From: Octopus vulgaris
Taxonomy: Eukaryota
DNA: 64,000 bases
Direction: 5' to 3'
Assembly: GCA_951406725.2 (NCBI GenBank)
Contig: OX597814.1
Coordinates: 155,744,001 to 155,808,000 of the forward strand
Below the pieces are notes generated by a model. That model was not told the DNA's origin and made no database searches. It was given only the letters and a program-made list of their open reading frames with translations. The translations under genes were made by a program, and so were the position numbers. Within the stretch, counting starts at the first letter, position 1, and every line of letters starts with the position of its first letter. Positions 24,723 through 39,535 of this stretch are shown one piece after another.

Positions 24723-25849
24723 AATATTAATATAGAAATTTTACTTTGCAAACAATTCAGGCAATACAATCATAGCGATTTTTTAGGAGAGAGTGAGGAA
24801 AGAAGATGACAGTTATATGCATCTTATCTTCACTTCATTTTATAAATAAATGTGCAGAAAAATAATTTTACGTTTTAAATAAATATATATATTATAGTTT
24901 CCCATACTAATACTACTACCATCATCCTATATTAAGAACATTTGATTTACGAGGTAGTTTCAATAAATAAATATCTAAGGATATATACCAACATATTCAA
25001 TATATGATAATATCCAAATAAGGCGTGGAAGAGCAAAAAGTTATACATCAAATTGCCAAACAAAAAAATCAATAGCACCGAGCAGAATATTTAAACCCTA
25101 TGCTCTTATCGTTGGGAAATATATAGTAAAATCCCAATTTCTGGAAATATATTTTTAAAGAAATTAAAACTCAGACACCCCCACGTAAATATAGACGCAT
25201 ATATATATGTTTGTGTGAGCTAGTGTCTGTCCGTATCTATCTATCTATCCATACAAACATGCATACACACACACACACACACGTATATATATATATAAAG
25301 AGAGAGAGAGAGAGGGAAGAGAAGAGAGAGAGAAAGGAGAGAGGGGGAAAGTGGAGAGGAGGAGAGAGTGAGGGAGCCCCGTGTGACGTGGATGATTATG
25401 CATATGTACATATATGTCTGGGCGTGAATCTTTGAGGTAGACTGAATGTTGCCAATGTCCGCAAGTTTATCATTTCCTCTTACCGACGTATATAGAAGGG
25501 AAAACAGTGTCGTCGCATACGTTATCGCCTGCGAGTCGGAACAGAAGCCTGCAAGGCATCTTTCCCTCAGTATTAGATATCAAAACATTCGGTTTCAATT
25601 CCAAGCAACTTATGCACGTCTACATTTTGTGTTGTCATTTTGGAATGATACACGTTGTTAAGACAATATATACCCTTCCAAAATGCTTCGCAGGAACTCT
25701 TTTGCATGTACCAGTGTGCTCTTGTTTTGTTTCGTTACGGCTTTAATTCGCAGTGAGTGTTTAAATAAGTTTTTGAAGTTTGGACTCCATTGGATCGAGT
25801 ACAACATAAATACATACATGCATGCATTCGTGCGCGTGTATCTTTTATC

Positions 25850-26210
25850 TTTTGCTTGTTTCTGACATCAGACTGCCATCATCTTGGGGTACTGGTTCCA
25901 AGCGTTTAAACCTCTCCAAGTATGGTACTTATTCTGTGCGTCCCTTTCGTCGAATTGTTAAGTTCGGGGGATAAGCACAGCGCAAAAACAATGACAGACA
26001 CACACACACACACACATACACACACACGCACGCACACACAAATATACGACAAGCTTCTTTCAGTTTTCTTCTGTCAAATCTACTCACAAAGCGTTAGCCG
26101 ACCTGAGGTTATAGTTGAAGACATTCGCTTCAATTTCCACACTGTGAGACTGAAGCAGAAACCATGTGGTTACGAAGCAAACTTCTTTACACTGCCACAC
26201 CTGCGCCTGG
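25850..26210 (-). mobile_element. SINE family A copy (decayed)
   Basis: gcttctttcagttt..caaatctactcacaa..accatgtggtt..gccacacctgcgcc. Confidence 0.7.
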
Positions 26211-26567
26211 CAAACTTGTTAGCACACTAGCAGACTTCTTCCTCCATAGACAAATATATATATACCATAGATACAAGGTCTGCATGTATAATAAAAAGCA
26301 TAAGACATAAAATATGTGTTTATCAGAGTGAATAGAAGAGAAGACCATCGATTGGACTTTTTACCTCTTAGAAAGGCCAGTCACTTAGTTCTTATTCATT
26401 CTAGTGTACACATGCAACGTGCCTTAGGAATTGTTTTCGTGGTTTGGGTTGTGACTGCCCTTTCTAGAATGTAAGAAGTCCAATCGATGGTCTTCTCTGA
26501 TAAACACACACACGCACACGCACACACACACATACACACACATGTACATACGTATGTGTGTTTGTGC

Positions 26568-26618
<51 letters not shown>

Positions 26619-27139
26619 CATATGTATGTGTGTTTGTGTATGTATGTATGTACTTTTGTATGTATGTGTATGTTTGTACATAAATTTATCGATCTATCTA
26701 TCTGCTTGTGAATATGTGTGTCTCTCTTTATGTTTGTATTGTGCGTGAATACTACAAATTATATAACACGATCACGTGTTATCAAATGCCAGCTATGCGT
26801 CCAGTATTTCTGGAATAGTAAATTCAGTTATATTTTGTAAGTATCAAATATTCTTGTAGCCCACGCAGTTATGATAAGAAACACTTATCTCTTATTTTAA
26901 TTTCACTCAGGCATTTTAAAAGTTAACACATACATTGATTATATAATGCAGAAAAGATTACAGCAACCGTAATTGAAAAGGTTAATTATTTATATCAACG
27001 TAAAAATATCGTTATTTGATCTCATTTTTTATCACTTCAACATGAGATTCTCGAGTTAGATTTGTTAAGTTTAGGTTAAGAAAAGAAAATTATTATATGT
27101 GTTAACGGTTTCTACCTTAAATATGCGTAACATAGTCAC

Positions 27140-27180
<41 letters not shown>

Positions 27181-28399
27181 GAGATAAAGAGAGAGAGGGA
27201 GGGAGGGAGAATAAGAGAGAGATATTTGCTGTTTGCTCATCGATCAGCTTGCCAGTAGCAGGTTAATTATTTGTAAATTAACATTTTGTTACGCTATTCA
27301 AAATATAAATATTCTAAAGAAAACTCTTCCCAACGTAAATAAATGACATTAGAATAAGTGACATCATATTCTGACAGAATATTTAAAATGTTAGCAGATG
27401 GACAGTAGCATTATCGCCTGCTCTATGGCATCACGTGAAATTATACGGTGGTAAATCTGGGTGTCATATACGAAAACATTTATTACAGAGCATAAAATAA
27501 CATCTGAACTCGGAAATACTGACTGAAGGAAACCGATGACAACAAATCACTCGTAATTCACCTAGAAGGAAGATATGCTATATTTCTACAATAATCTTTC
27601 GCTGTGATTCAGTTGTATATAAAAATCGATAAGTATATTCTTGATGTGATTTTACCAAGACATACAGACTTGGCACAGTTTGCGTCATGGAATATTTTGA
27701 TCACTGTTTCCAACTGGTACCAAACTAAAAGTTATCAAAATTTCTGCAGTTTGACATTGATAACTCTTACGTGCCCTCGACGACAACATTTCTTTGTTGT
27801 GACTATTAATCTTGCTAAAGCTTATACTGATATTAAAACTTTGAAGCATATAGAATTTTGCAAGACCGCAAATTTTATTACAATTCATACTCTAGGGATC
27901 ATTTCGACGTCGGCCTATACGCTGCTGGCTTAATTGAAAGAACACATGTTATTGATCTATACATTTATCCAGAAAAAGTGTGGTTTGAAAATGTAAAAGA
28001 AAAACTGTATCAATCTGAATGTCTCTGCGTTGACTGATTAAGACCCACAAACTAAAAACCCAAGAAAGTAGCATATAATATTTTTTTCTTATTAAAAGCC
28101 GAGGATGCCAAAAGTGTTTCCTGAATGATTCTGTCATTCTTATGACTCAGTTGTGTTAACATAAACCTAACGAATAAGTAAACTACTGTATATCAGGAGA
28201 TTTCCAATCACCCAAGGAATATGACGAAATAATTTAATTAAAATGATTTTACTTAACAGATAGTTTTAGTTCCTATTATTCCGTTATAATATATTGACGC
28301 AAACGTTAACAGCCAGTTTAAAAAAGCATATGTTATAAATCTTAAGTATATAGATGTATATACACTGGAGTATGGAAGTGGAGTGGCGATTCGCATAAC

Positions 28400-28446
28400 T
28401 GAGCCATGTGAGTGGATTTGGCAAACGGAAACTGAAAGAAGCCCGT

Positions 28447-28485
<39 letters not shown>

Positions 28486-28534
28486 CTATATGTGTATGTA
28501 TATATATATGTATGTATGTATGTATCTATATATA

Positions 28535-28592
<58 letters not shown>

Positions 28593-28615
28593 CATACATA
28601 CACACAGACACACAG

Positions 28616-28668
<53 letters not shown>

Positions 28669-28940
28669 TATATAACTTAGAATAACTTAGAAAGGTTTTG
28701 GCCAGTATTGGCCCAGGCCATGTCTAACTTAATAGCACCACCATATACATATATATGTGCATCTATGTGTGTCTCAGTGGGGATTCTTTTCGGCTGTGCT
28801 TGACAATCGGCGCCGGTGTGTTTACGTCCCTGTAACATAACCGTTTAACAAAAGAACACGATAGAATAAGTACGGGGCCAATTCGGTCTACTGAAATTAT
28901 TCAAGGGGTGCCCCAGCATGCAAGCAGTCTAATGGTTAAA
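28400..28940 (+). mobile_element. SINE family A 3' portion with expanded internal (TA)n
   Basis: gtgagtggatttggcaaacggaaactgaaagaagcccg [microsatellite] ..gtgtttacgtccc..gtgccccagcatg. Confidence 0.7.
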
Positions 28941-29613
28941 ACAATTGTCTAAATTTGTTCCCGCGGCTCATATTCATACTTATTGTTCGCAGTTATCTCT
29001 TTGGCGCTCTGCACATTAAATATATTAGCACTAACGTAACGTGCTTACAACGTTGTAACAATTGATATTTAAGGCATCCATTCAAATGTGAAGGATGTTT
29101 GAGTTTTACAATAAATCTTTACGACTTGGAAATGTGAAATCAATAACCTATGGCGAAAATGTCATTGATAAAAGTAAGAAATATAAAACATAACTGTCTG
29201 CAACTGAAAATAAAATTCCATGGTGTTAAAGAGGATGCAAAATGTAAAACTTGAAACAAATATCTTTAGGAGAGGCTATTAATAGAAAAAAATGTATACA
29301 AAATAGTGTTCTATACGATGGAAAAAGAAAAACAAATAAGCATGCATACAAGCCGAAATATCAAGAGAAGAAACACTTGCAATCCAGATCTGTAAGTGAT
29401 AAGTGTTCTTTGAATTTAATGTTAGCGAACTATTAAGTGCGAATAAAAACAACAAACAATTCTCTGACCTTTCGGAATTAGTTCATTCTAACGCAGCGGA
29501 CAGTGAACGAAACGAAAATGACGAAAACGATACAGTAAAGAACTGTATATTTCGAACTATGTACTAACAATACTAGGATTTGAACAGCATAACTGTACAG
29601 ACATACAAGTATT

Positions 29614-29733
29614 CTTTTCTACTCTAGGCACAAGGTCCAAAATTTTGGGGGAGGGCGCCAGTCGATAATATCGACCTCAGTACGCAGCTGGTACTTAGTT
29701 TATCGACCCCACGAAAGGATGAAAGGCAAAGTC
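29614..29733 (-). mobile_element. 5'-truncated SINE family B with 9-bp TSD
   Basis: TSD acaagtatt at 29605-29613 and 29734-29742. Confidence 0.8.
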
Positions 29734-30199
29734 ACAAGTATTAGAGACACTAAACTCTCTCGCGGGCAAGAAACCATATCTAAACAGATTATGAAACATT
29801 TGCAGAGAAATTCTCAAAATATGTGATATACAAGAGTTCAAAACTAGAGTTAATTTATGATATTCAAAATACTCGTGTTGCAGTCAATCGAATTTGCTAG
29901 AAATGGCAGTCAAAACAACCTCATTAAACAGGAGACCTCTCTAAAGAAAGATCAATAAATTGGATTATATACACCGGGTATATTATTCTTTGAAAAGAGA
30001 CAGGATGAATATGGCAGGTGTACTATTTGCTAGGAATTTTCTGGAAAATAAAGTAAACTTATGAAAAAATTCTATTGAAACATTTAAACTAGAAAGTTTG
30101 AGAATAGTAAATATATAATTAATCTACGCAAACACCAATTACATTGAGTTAAATTACATTCTCTTTCATGTAGTATTTACCACATTTCGATTGAAGGAG

Positions 30200-31470
30200 A
30201 AGTTGGTGCAAAGAGAGAAAGGATATAAAATAACTACTGTAGCTAGGCAAATATCCGAAAAGAATAAAACAGGGTTAAGTTGAGAAAATTTAAGAAAATA
30301 TAATACTGTTGGCATTTAACATATAAAAAAAACTTACTATTGGAGCCATTTTGAATAACCTGAAGTAAATTGCTGCTAGGACAGCAAATGAAAATATAGA
30401 AAACAATAATTTAGCGGCGTTAGAACAACGTACCTGTCGATATGTTTCTTATAAAATTACCGGATCATACATAAGTACATGATGGATACACTACACATGT
30501 ATGGATCGATAACAAAACGAGGTATTTTTTAGATTTATATGATCATTTCAATAAAATGCTGAAAGCTCACTTATCTGATAATGGTAAACTTATCTTAAAC
30601 AACAAAATAATAGACATTTATTAGTTTCCAACAAAATCATGATTATGAGCTCCGGTCTCACAGAGTTATGTCAGTGCAAACTGAAAGGGCGCGCTTGAAC
30701 TGACTTATATAAGTAATCAATCACAACTTCATTATAAGCAGGATTATAAAATTATAAGCAGGATTTCTACGCCATCTTGACTCCCTTTATTGCGAAACAG
30801 TTTGGTTAATGCATAGAATGTTTTGGAACTGGAAGATGGTTAAAGCATAAAATGTTTTTGGACTGAAAGAGTATTAAAAGTACTGGCAAGTCGGACATAT
30901 AATTTGAAACCATGGATGGCAAATAATTTATGTGGTAGATAATTTCAAATTTTATAATCATTTGTGTACTATGGAAGTAAAACACTATGTGGGAAAGACT
31001 TGTTGACGAGACAAAATAATTTGAGATAATCGAAATATTACCTATGTGTCACTCAGATATCGGAAATATAACATATAACACATTTTTAGTGGGAAACTTA
31101 TGGGTTTTGCATTATTCGATGCGAAATTAACAAACTAGGCAGTGCAAGCGACGACATTAGTACTTGCTCAAACAATATCACAAAGGAATTGTAGTAAGGG
31201 ACTGCTGGTTGTTAATAAACAGTTTCAAATGGTCATTACAAATTCTCTATTTTATAGAGATGACTAAAATTGCTGTCAGTGACACACTGTTTGATTATTT
31301 GAGAAGGTCCAGAGATTAGACACAGAATTTGGTTAGCGCTCTGTGATATTTGTGAATTAGGATCACGTGACTGTATGAACGATTGCTGCGCCAAAATTTA
31401 GGTCCAGTGAATGTGTGAAGTGGTAGTATGAACAACAGGTTGTCAGAATAGCTAACGATAAAGAAATAGA
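30200..31470 (+). mobile_element. Very decayed RTE-like LINE fragment (tentative)
   Basis: Residual peptides YVVDNFKF and YYGSKTL in the order of the RTE VxxFxYLG / LYGSETW motifs. Confidence 0.3.
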
Positions 31471-31607
31471 TCACGCGATTTTATGCGAATGACAATAGGA
31501 TATATGCCCGCGTGTATGAATGTGTAAATGTTTCTTTTTTTTTATTGCGTGAACAATAAGAATGACGTGTCATTGATTTTACTTATTCAGTAGTGTTTTA
31601 TTCTTTC

Positions 31608-31945
31608 TTTTACTCTTCTACTTGTTTCAATCATTTGATTGCGGCCATGCTGCAGCACCGCCTTTAGTCGAACAAATCGACCCCTAGTATTTATTCTATC
31701 GGTTGCTTTTGCCGAACCGCTAAGTTACGGGGACGTAAACACACCAACATCGGTTGTCAAGCGATGGTGTGGAGTGACAAACACAGACACACACACATAC
31801 GACAGGTTTCTTTCAGTTTCCGTTTACCAAATCCACTCACAAGGTCTCGGTAGTAGAAGACACTTGTCTAAGGTGCCACGCAGTGGGACTGAACCCGAAG
31901 CGATATGGTTGGGAAGCAAGCTGCTTACCACACTGCCGCACCTGT
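31608..31945 (-). mobile_element. SINE family A copy
   Basis: gcggccatgctgcagcaccgcc..ttctttcagtttccgtttaccaaatccactcacaagg..aggtgccacgcagtgggactgaacccg..gcttaccaca. Confidence 0.85.
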
Positions 31946-32269
31946 GGTTTTGTCCCAATAAAGGCAAACCACTCATCAAATAGAGTTAAATACAGAAAAT
32001 ACGCTTCCGGATGACGTCTTCTCCTCAAACAATCCAATATTCAAATATATATAAGATTAAATAAAACAAACTTTTCGGATGACAATTAAAGTTGTGTGTC
32101 TTTCATTTAATACTGCATTAGTTCGTTATATTCATATTTTTTTTTTTTTGTTAGTTTCTGTTAATGTAGGGACTTTTTTTTATGCCACTAAGTATAGCAT
32201 TTTGCAAATTCACTTTCAGATTCGTCTTCTGATATCTGTAGCTACGCTTGCTCTTTTTCCAACCTGCAC

Positions 32270-33150
32270 ACAGCTGTCTATGAAATAAATTTCTCTTTTA
32301 TATTCATTAACTTCCTTGAAGACAAAGAACAGATTTTTGTCTGTTTTGCTCAGCGTTTCTTTTAACTATTTGCATTTGTTTTTCATAATGTCGTTATATT
32401 TCTTCTTTTTTCTCTCCTGTCTAGTCTTGCTAATTTCTTTAACTTCATGTTAAGAATATTATGGCTATAACTGATTACTGGGACAGCTAGAATATCGATG
32501 CATATTACCTTATTTTATGCATTGAGATATGTTTTTTTTAATAGTAATCTAATGAAATCTGTGATATTTCTTCCTAACCATTTGTATGTTGTACCCCGTA
32601 TAGTTTATTGATTTCTAATTATTTTTAAGTTTAGGTTTGGTATAATTACCGTTGTTTCTTTATGTAACATGTCATTAGTAGGGTTATAATTTCCTGTCTC
32701 ATCAAAACTACCTTAACACATTTTTGCGAATCGAATTTCAGATTCTTTCCTTTACTGAATATGTGTAATTATGTAACAGTGACTCTAATTATTGCTGTCT
32801 GCATCATACAACATGTGGTCGTCTATAAACAGCAGATGATACATTGTCATCTCATACATTTTGCATCTAAGTTCAATTTGCCTGCCAGTCCCATATTATA
32901 TTGTTTTTCTAATAGCGATAATACTCATTTTAATAAATCATTGTTTTTTTTGTTTTTTTGTCCTCGCTCCGGCATTATTTGTCATTCATTTGTCTGTTTA
33001 GAGAAAGTTGTCAAAGACATCTGGTAAATAAAGTTCTTTCTCAACTATTTTCGGTTATGTAAATGCTCTTTACTTCTTTCTGTGAATGTTTATGCCAGCA
33101 AGTAGCTATTTTGCACGTAATCATTTACATTTTGCAGGTAATCAGCTTCA
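32270..33150 (-). mobile_element. Decayed R4/Dong RT-domain fragment
   Basis: Minus-strand LKFDSQKC, TYKWLG, IDILAVPVISYSHNI in the R4/Dong motif order (FGxxKC, YKYLG, INTxAVPVxxYSF). Confidence 0.55.
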
Positions 33151-33889
33151 TTTTTCCAGTTACAGCATTTTAGCGGGGAAGAATGCAATTCATGTTTGCA
33201 ATTCATGAAGAATGCAATTCATGTTTGCGTGCCTTTGAAGGTTTCTTATATTTTTACTCTTAGAGAGTAAGTTAGATTCCGTCTCACTAAATATTTTTGT
33301 AATCAGTTTGCATGCAAATGTTAGAAGTTTTAACTCCAATTGTTCGTATTTTTGAGGGCTTACTGTACTGAGGATAGAGAGAGGGAGAAGAAACAATAAC
33401 AATATATTTGGTTGCAGATCGAAGTGGCTGCTATCCCACCATTCATTCACATCATCACTCACACTACTGGTTGCTGCTCTTAGGAGGATAACAAATCTCG
33501 TCTCGCTTTCAGGAGCAAAAGTCAACGATAAGAGCTTACATTGGATACAACAGATAGTACCAGCCCATCATCTCACAGTAATTAGTAGGTGAGGGAAAGA
33601 GGGCGAGGGCGCCAGAGTGTTGAAGTAAAAGAAACGACAATGAATTCAATATCAAAATTAGTAGAAATATAAGCAGACTCTTGTCTTCGAATAGACCCTT
33701 TGAAATATTTATAAAATTGGAAGTAATCTTTCTACTGTGTGTTACAAGCATGTAAATTGTATACTATGTCTTCATGAGCCTTTTAATCGTAGCAGCTAAG
33801 GCAGCTGGTACAATTAATAGTTGTCGTGACTTCAGTAGCCTTTCGTGAGAAATAAAATATTATTTTAAATAAGCCATGTTGCCATGTTG

Positions 33890-34145
33890 CATCCCCAAAG
33901 TCCATCCCCTCTTCAACGTGGTGGGGACGCTGGCAACGGGTAGTGTCAGAGCTATGCCGTCGGGAACTTCGGTTCCTGGTAGGGCCACCCAAGCCGGATT
34001 GGTCTGACACCGAGTGGTATTAGGGCCACAACCCGGCAGACGGGGTTCTGGTGAAAATCTTCGGAGTGCCTGTTTCGAAGGTGGTGGAAGAAGTCGACTC
34101 AACCCGCCCAGGGTGAATGTCGCCACAAGTACAAGTAAATACAAG
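33890..34145 (+). mobile_element. Short non-autonomous RTE-derived element (5'UTR-like structured head + ACAAGT tail)
   Basis: GAGCTATGCCG..GGTAGGGCCACCCAAGCCGGA..GGTC resembles RTE/BovB/Expander 5'UTRs as I recall them. Ends in acaagtacaagtaaatacaag. Confidence 0.65.
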
Positions 34146-36389
34146 GTTCCTACGTAGTTTATATACTTTAAGCTGTACAGTAGTATTTAGTAAAAAAATT
34201 GTTAAATGCACTCTCATGCACGTTTCTGCGAATCTTAGTTCACAGTAGTGTCTATATCATTAGATTCCCAAGCGCCTTGTATAAATTTTATTTAGCCAGC
34301 TCATAGGGTTCCATTCATATCACTAAAACGGGTTACTGTGATATAAAATAATACATAAATATATGAATGACTTCAAGTGTAATCAATATTAAATTTTAAT
34401 ATTATTTGGTTCCCAACTTTTTATACATTTCTCGCTGTTTTTCACATAACAATAAATCATCTTTAATAATTAACGCTTTTATAATCGAAGAAATTACACC
34501 TCAGTACTTTGCAAAGTCTCATTTTAGTTTCATTACGGGCTCAAAGACGTAAGTGATACTATGCTGAGAAGTAGATTCAGAAGGTACTGCTGACGATATA
34601 TGGTTGTTGGATGGATTCCAATATATAATCAATCATTTTACTATCTTATGATTGATGGAAACGAAGATAATTGTAAGATAATATATTTATAACATTCACC
34701 TTGTTATTGGTTATGTAATAACATCGTCAGGACGGCTAATTAAGGCGAGGCTATGACTGCAAAGTGTAGTTCTTCATCAGAAATCTGATAGAAATAATGA
34801 TAATAATTATTGAGAATTATACCATGTGAAAATTATATAGAAGCAGCAGATATTCGGTCATATTTCCAATGGAAATATTTTAACCAGTCAGCAACATTCT
34901 CTATATTTCCTTAATAATTTAAAATTTATTACAGCCTGCTTTCAATTGCAAATCAACAGAGAATTGCAAGCCGTTTTAAGTATTTCCGGGTGCAAAGTCA
35001 TGTATGTTTTCTATTTTATTTTCATTACGAAACATGCTACAGCATCATGTAACTAATTTAATTGAATCATTTTCTGTTTGTAATATAGCCAATATGCCCT
35101 TACAAATAGTTGTTTTAAATATGAGATATCACCCAATTTCATATGCAATTCATTCATTTTCTCAGGTACACAGAACAACATATTCATGCTAGGTTAAATC
35201 GACTCAGAATGTTTTACTGGCTGCAGCTTAAACTGCTTAGATATGTTTACTAAATTGGCAGAGACATATACAGTGGATCGATAAAATGAATCATATATTT
35301 CCTGATATATAAACAAGGCAAGAATAAAGCTGCATGGAACGCAAAGAAACAGTGAACAATGCCAATATTTAGAAACACACCTATGTACATTCCGTATATA
35401 CAGACGCACGGATACATAAACGCTGGTACACGCACACATTCACATATGAATAAGTTAGGTATATATGCACGTGTGTATGTGTGTGTGCGTGCACCGCGCG
35501 TGCGTGTGCGTATGTGTTTAAATTTATAAACAAACACACACACATATACGACATACGGATGAGTCATGAAATTGCATGGAATATTTTAGAAGTCTTAGTT
35601 TTCTTCCCACGTTCAGATGAATATATGCATGAATAATGAATCACTGCATCTAGAAATACAACAAACCATCTACTGCATATGAGAACTCAAAATCTGACCC
35701 GTGCTTTTAATGTCTTATACGCACACCCGTCACGTACTAATACAATAAAGCACTCACTAATATGTATGTACACTGACAATTATTATAGAAATAATAATAA
35801 TAGGCTTCGTTTACTTATTTGATATTACGTTAAGGGGATTGAGTTGAAGTAGGAGATTGTAAAAAATATCGAATGAGTGAATGACAGTAGGAGAGGTGGA
35901 ATGAATGTATGGAAAAGGATAAAGTGTTTATCTTTCTCACTTGATTGTAAAGTAAAACGAAAGAGTGAAAGGATAATAAAAGCAAAAAGAAAGTAAAATG
36001 ATAGTGGATTGTGGCAAGAGGCCTGAAAAGTATTGGTAGGTAACATTAACATAAGCTACTACTGTCGTATTGTCCTTTTAAAACAGCAAGGATGTAGCTT
36101 TTCACTTTTGATAGGGAACAACAATCAAATGCACAGATGTGACAACGATCGGCGCCTCAATCAACTGATGTTCAAGGAGTTATCATCCTTGGCGACTTAA
36201 GCAGTCTATTTATGATGGAATTTTTCATTGATCAGTTTGCCTTTCTTGCCTCCAGCTTATTATGGTATGCAACACATAATAGAGATTCCATAACTCTAGT
36301 GATGCTTGTATCTGAATCTATTTAAAATGGGATAAGGGTTTGCACATTTTCAATCCCACACTCTGAAAAGTGTACGCATTGGAACGAAA

Positions 36390-37366
36390 AGAACTAGTCT
36401 GAATTACTTGAAGATCTTCCAAATTTGATCAAATCTGTTGCTAATATGATAGTGTTGACAATATGCAGAATTGATCCTCTTGATGAGGATGCTTCTACTG
36501 AAAAATTTCTGGATCCTAAACCGCATTTAGGCTACAGGTTCGAGAGAAAGATAGCAGAAATGATTATCAAGAAGACTTTAACAGCCAATGAAGAAAAAAA
36601 CATTCGCAAAAGAGCACAACAATTTTCTCCCTGCCTTTATAAATAGCTCAAGTATCGTTTGCCAGGAAATATTAATATTCTGAGGAATATCAAATGTTTT
36701 TAAGTAGAGAATATTTTGCAGTATTTCAAAGAGCCAATTTTACCAGTCTTATAAGCAATGAATTTAAATGAAGAAAAAATTGCTTCAGTTGAAAAGCATT
36801 CAATGAGTTAAATTGACTAATACATTTAATACTTAGGCATTCTGGCTAGAAGTCTTGGAATATAAAGATGCTACTGGAGGAAATCCTTTTAGAGATGTTT
36901 CAAAATTTGCCATCAATCTATTGACAATGCCAAACCCAAATGCAGAAGTTGAACGGTTTTTCAGTTGTATGGGTGTAATCAAATGAAAACTGAAAACAAA
37001 ATGCATCTTTATATGCTTAGATCAATACTGTCTATAAAATATTGTCTGAAAAGATATGGCAAATGTTGCAAAAACTTAAATATTCCAAAACACATAATTA
37101 ACAAGATTGGGACCTTGAATGTATAGAGTCAAGTCCTAGGCACTGCAGCTGAAAGTGAGCAAATCAGCGAAATTCAAATCATTTCTCAATGCTGAATATA
37201 ATTAAAGAAAATAAATAAAAATGTAAATGAAAATTAAACTTTTAGATATAATTAGTGTTTAGCATTTTGTTTTATCATATTTAGCATTTTAGCATTTTTT
37301 AGCAATGTTTTGGTATTTTTCTACTGAAATTTAGCAGAAAATTCTGATCTTAAGTTGGCAACACTG
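36390..37366 (+). mobile_element. hAT transposon 3' remnant (dimerisation domain + right TIR)
   Basis: FWLEVLEYKDATGGNPF..LLTMPNPNAEVERFFSCMGVIK. Terminus agttggcaacactg (CAGTGTTGCCAAC-type TIR). Subterminal ttagca repeats. Confidence 0.8.
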
Positions 37367-38165
37367 TATACATGTCATCTGCACTGCTAACCCAAGAGCA
37401 TGCGACATATAGTTGTCCATGAGAAAAGCAGGCTATTTGTAAATTGAAACCCACAATTTTTAAATGAAAATAAAATTTAGATGGTAGCTGAAATAGTACT
37501 GAATCTTTTGATACCCCATACGTCAAAATCGGTAACTCGGTTTTGGAATGCATAAGGAAGATACGCACACATACACACACACATACAAACTCTTTTATAT
37601 ATAAATGTCAAAATATAATACAAAAATACAACAGCACACGCTTATTTTTACATGACCACGTATGTGTGATCCATGCGTTACAATATACAGACATGTATAA
37701 GGAAATCACATTGTTAGGCAGATTTGGTAATGGTACATACGCATATTAACCGGAAACATTCCATCTATAATATACTTCATAGACACTAGGTAAACAAGGT
37801 AATGTAAAAGAAATTAACAAATGCATACTACAATAGGAAGTTATATGAAGAAGATAATTGATTAAGTAAATAGAAGCTGAATGGTGTCAATGAATGAATA
37901 TCTGAATAAATGAATTAAATGAAAAATTGAAATGAATGAATTCATGAATAAGTGAAGAAGACTGCATTGGTCTACGTTAGAATTTAGGAAATTTATGTGA
38001 TATATGCACAGTTATTGCATGCTCCAACAGACTAATTCTTGCCTATGTCGCATAAATTAAAATTTATGAGACTCAGTTTAAATTACAACATAAAGCTGAA
38101 AGCTGAAATAGCATTTTTGACTCTGGAGCAAATCACATACAATCTACTTCTCTTTCTGTGTGTGC

Positions 38166-38337
<172 letters not shown>

Positions 38338-38650
38338 CTACTGAAATGAATTATTTCACTTTTAAGTGAGTTGTGCCTGTGGATAAGGAAGAGGGTGTTG
38401 GGGTTAATGTGAGCATATTAAAGGTCTAACCATAGCAAATGTGAGCGGTGATCTCTCTGCGAAGGTTTAGATTCAAGTAATAAATCACCATTAAATGAGT
38501 GAACCTGTCTATGTTTGCACATATATAAGTATTCTTGTGTTCACATTTATATTCATATATTTACGTAAAAGTATGCATATATAAATGTATGTATAACCAT
38601 ATTCATGTACATCTCTCTCTTTCTCTCTATGTATACATACATACATATAC

Positions 38651-38709
<59 letters not shown>

Positions 38710-38711
<2 letters not shown>

Positions 38712-38910
38712 CGCAGGAGTGGCTGTGTGGTAAGAAGCTTGCTTGACAACCTATGCTGGTGTGGCTATGTCCCCGTCACCCAGCGGTTCGGCACAAGAGA
38801 CCTATAGAGTAAGTACTCTATTACAAAGAATAACTCACGGGGTGGAGTTGCTCGACTAGAGGCGGTGCTCCAGCATGGCCGCAGTCAAATGCCTGAAGCA
38901 AGTAAAAGAG
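38710..38910 (+). mobile_element. Internally deleted SINE family A copy
   Basis: ggcgcaggagtggctgtgtggtaagaagcttgct joined to the 3' part ..ggcggtgctccagcatggccgcagtcaaatg. Confidence 0.8.
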
Positions 38911-39324
38911 TATATATATATATATATATACAATATAAATATATATATATGTATGTTTGTATGTATGTGCGTATGTATTACACACGCACGGACGCACACG
39001 CATAAATACACATATACACACATATCCATGCATATACAACTATCAAGTTATCGATACATAGGTATGTTTGAGTATACATGCAAGAGAGTGTGTATGCATA
39101 CAAGACTGTGTGGATCTACATGTCTCTGTGTACATTCAACAGTTTTTGTATTTATGTGTAAGTGCATGTACATATGTTTGTATATTTCTTCCGATTGACT
39201 TGCCACACATATTACCTTCACTATCCTCGTCTTTCTGCCACACTTCTGGAGAGTCATCCACTTGAATATATCTAATACTACGAATGTGTTTATTGCTAAC
39301 GTTTAATTTCCACTTACAATGTGA

Positions 39325-39535
39325 CACGCTGGCAGAATCATTAGCACGCCGGGCTTCGCGGGAGTTCGTACGTAATTACATTTTGAGTTCGCATCGCTCA
39401 GTGCTTGGCTTTGCCTTTCATCTTCTCAGAGTCGATAAAATAAAAACTAGTTGGGCACCGGGGTCGATGCAATCGATTTATTCTTTACCTCCAGCCGAAA
39501 ATGATGGCCCTGTGCCAAAATTTGAAACTAATATT
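39325..39535 (+). mobile_element. SINE family B copy
   Basis: gctggcagaatcattagcacgccggg..ttgcctttcatc..gtgccaaaatttgaaac. atttaatttccactta-like flanks on both sides. Confidence 0.75.

Noticed and set aside
30731-33230. Short direct duplications (attataagcaggatt at ~30731; gaatgcaattcatgtttgc at ~33181) as a CRISPR-like or regulatory array
   Set aside because: Only two copies each; ordinary slippage or repair duplications in eukaryotic DNA.
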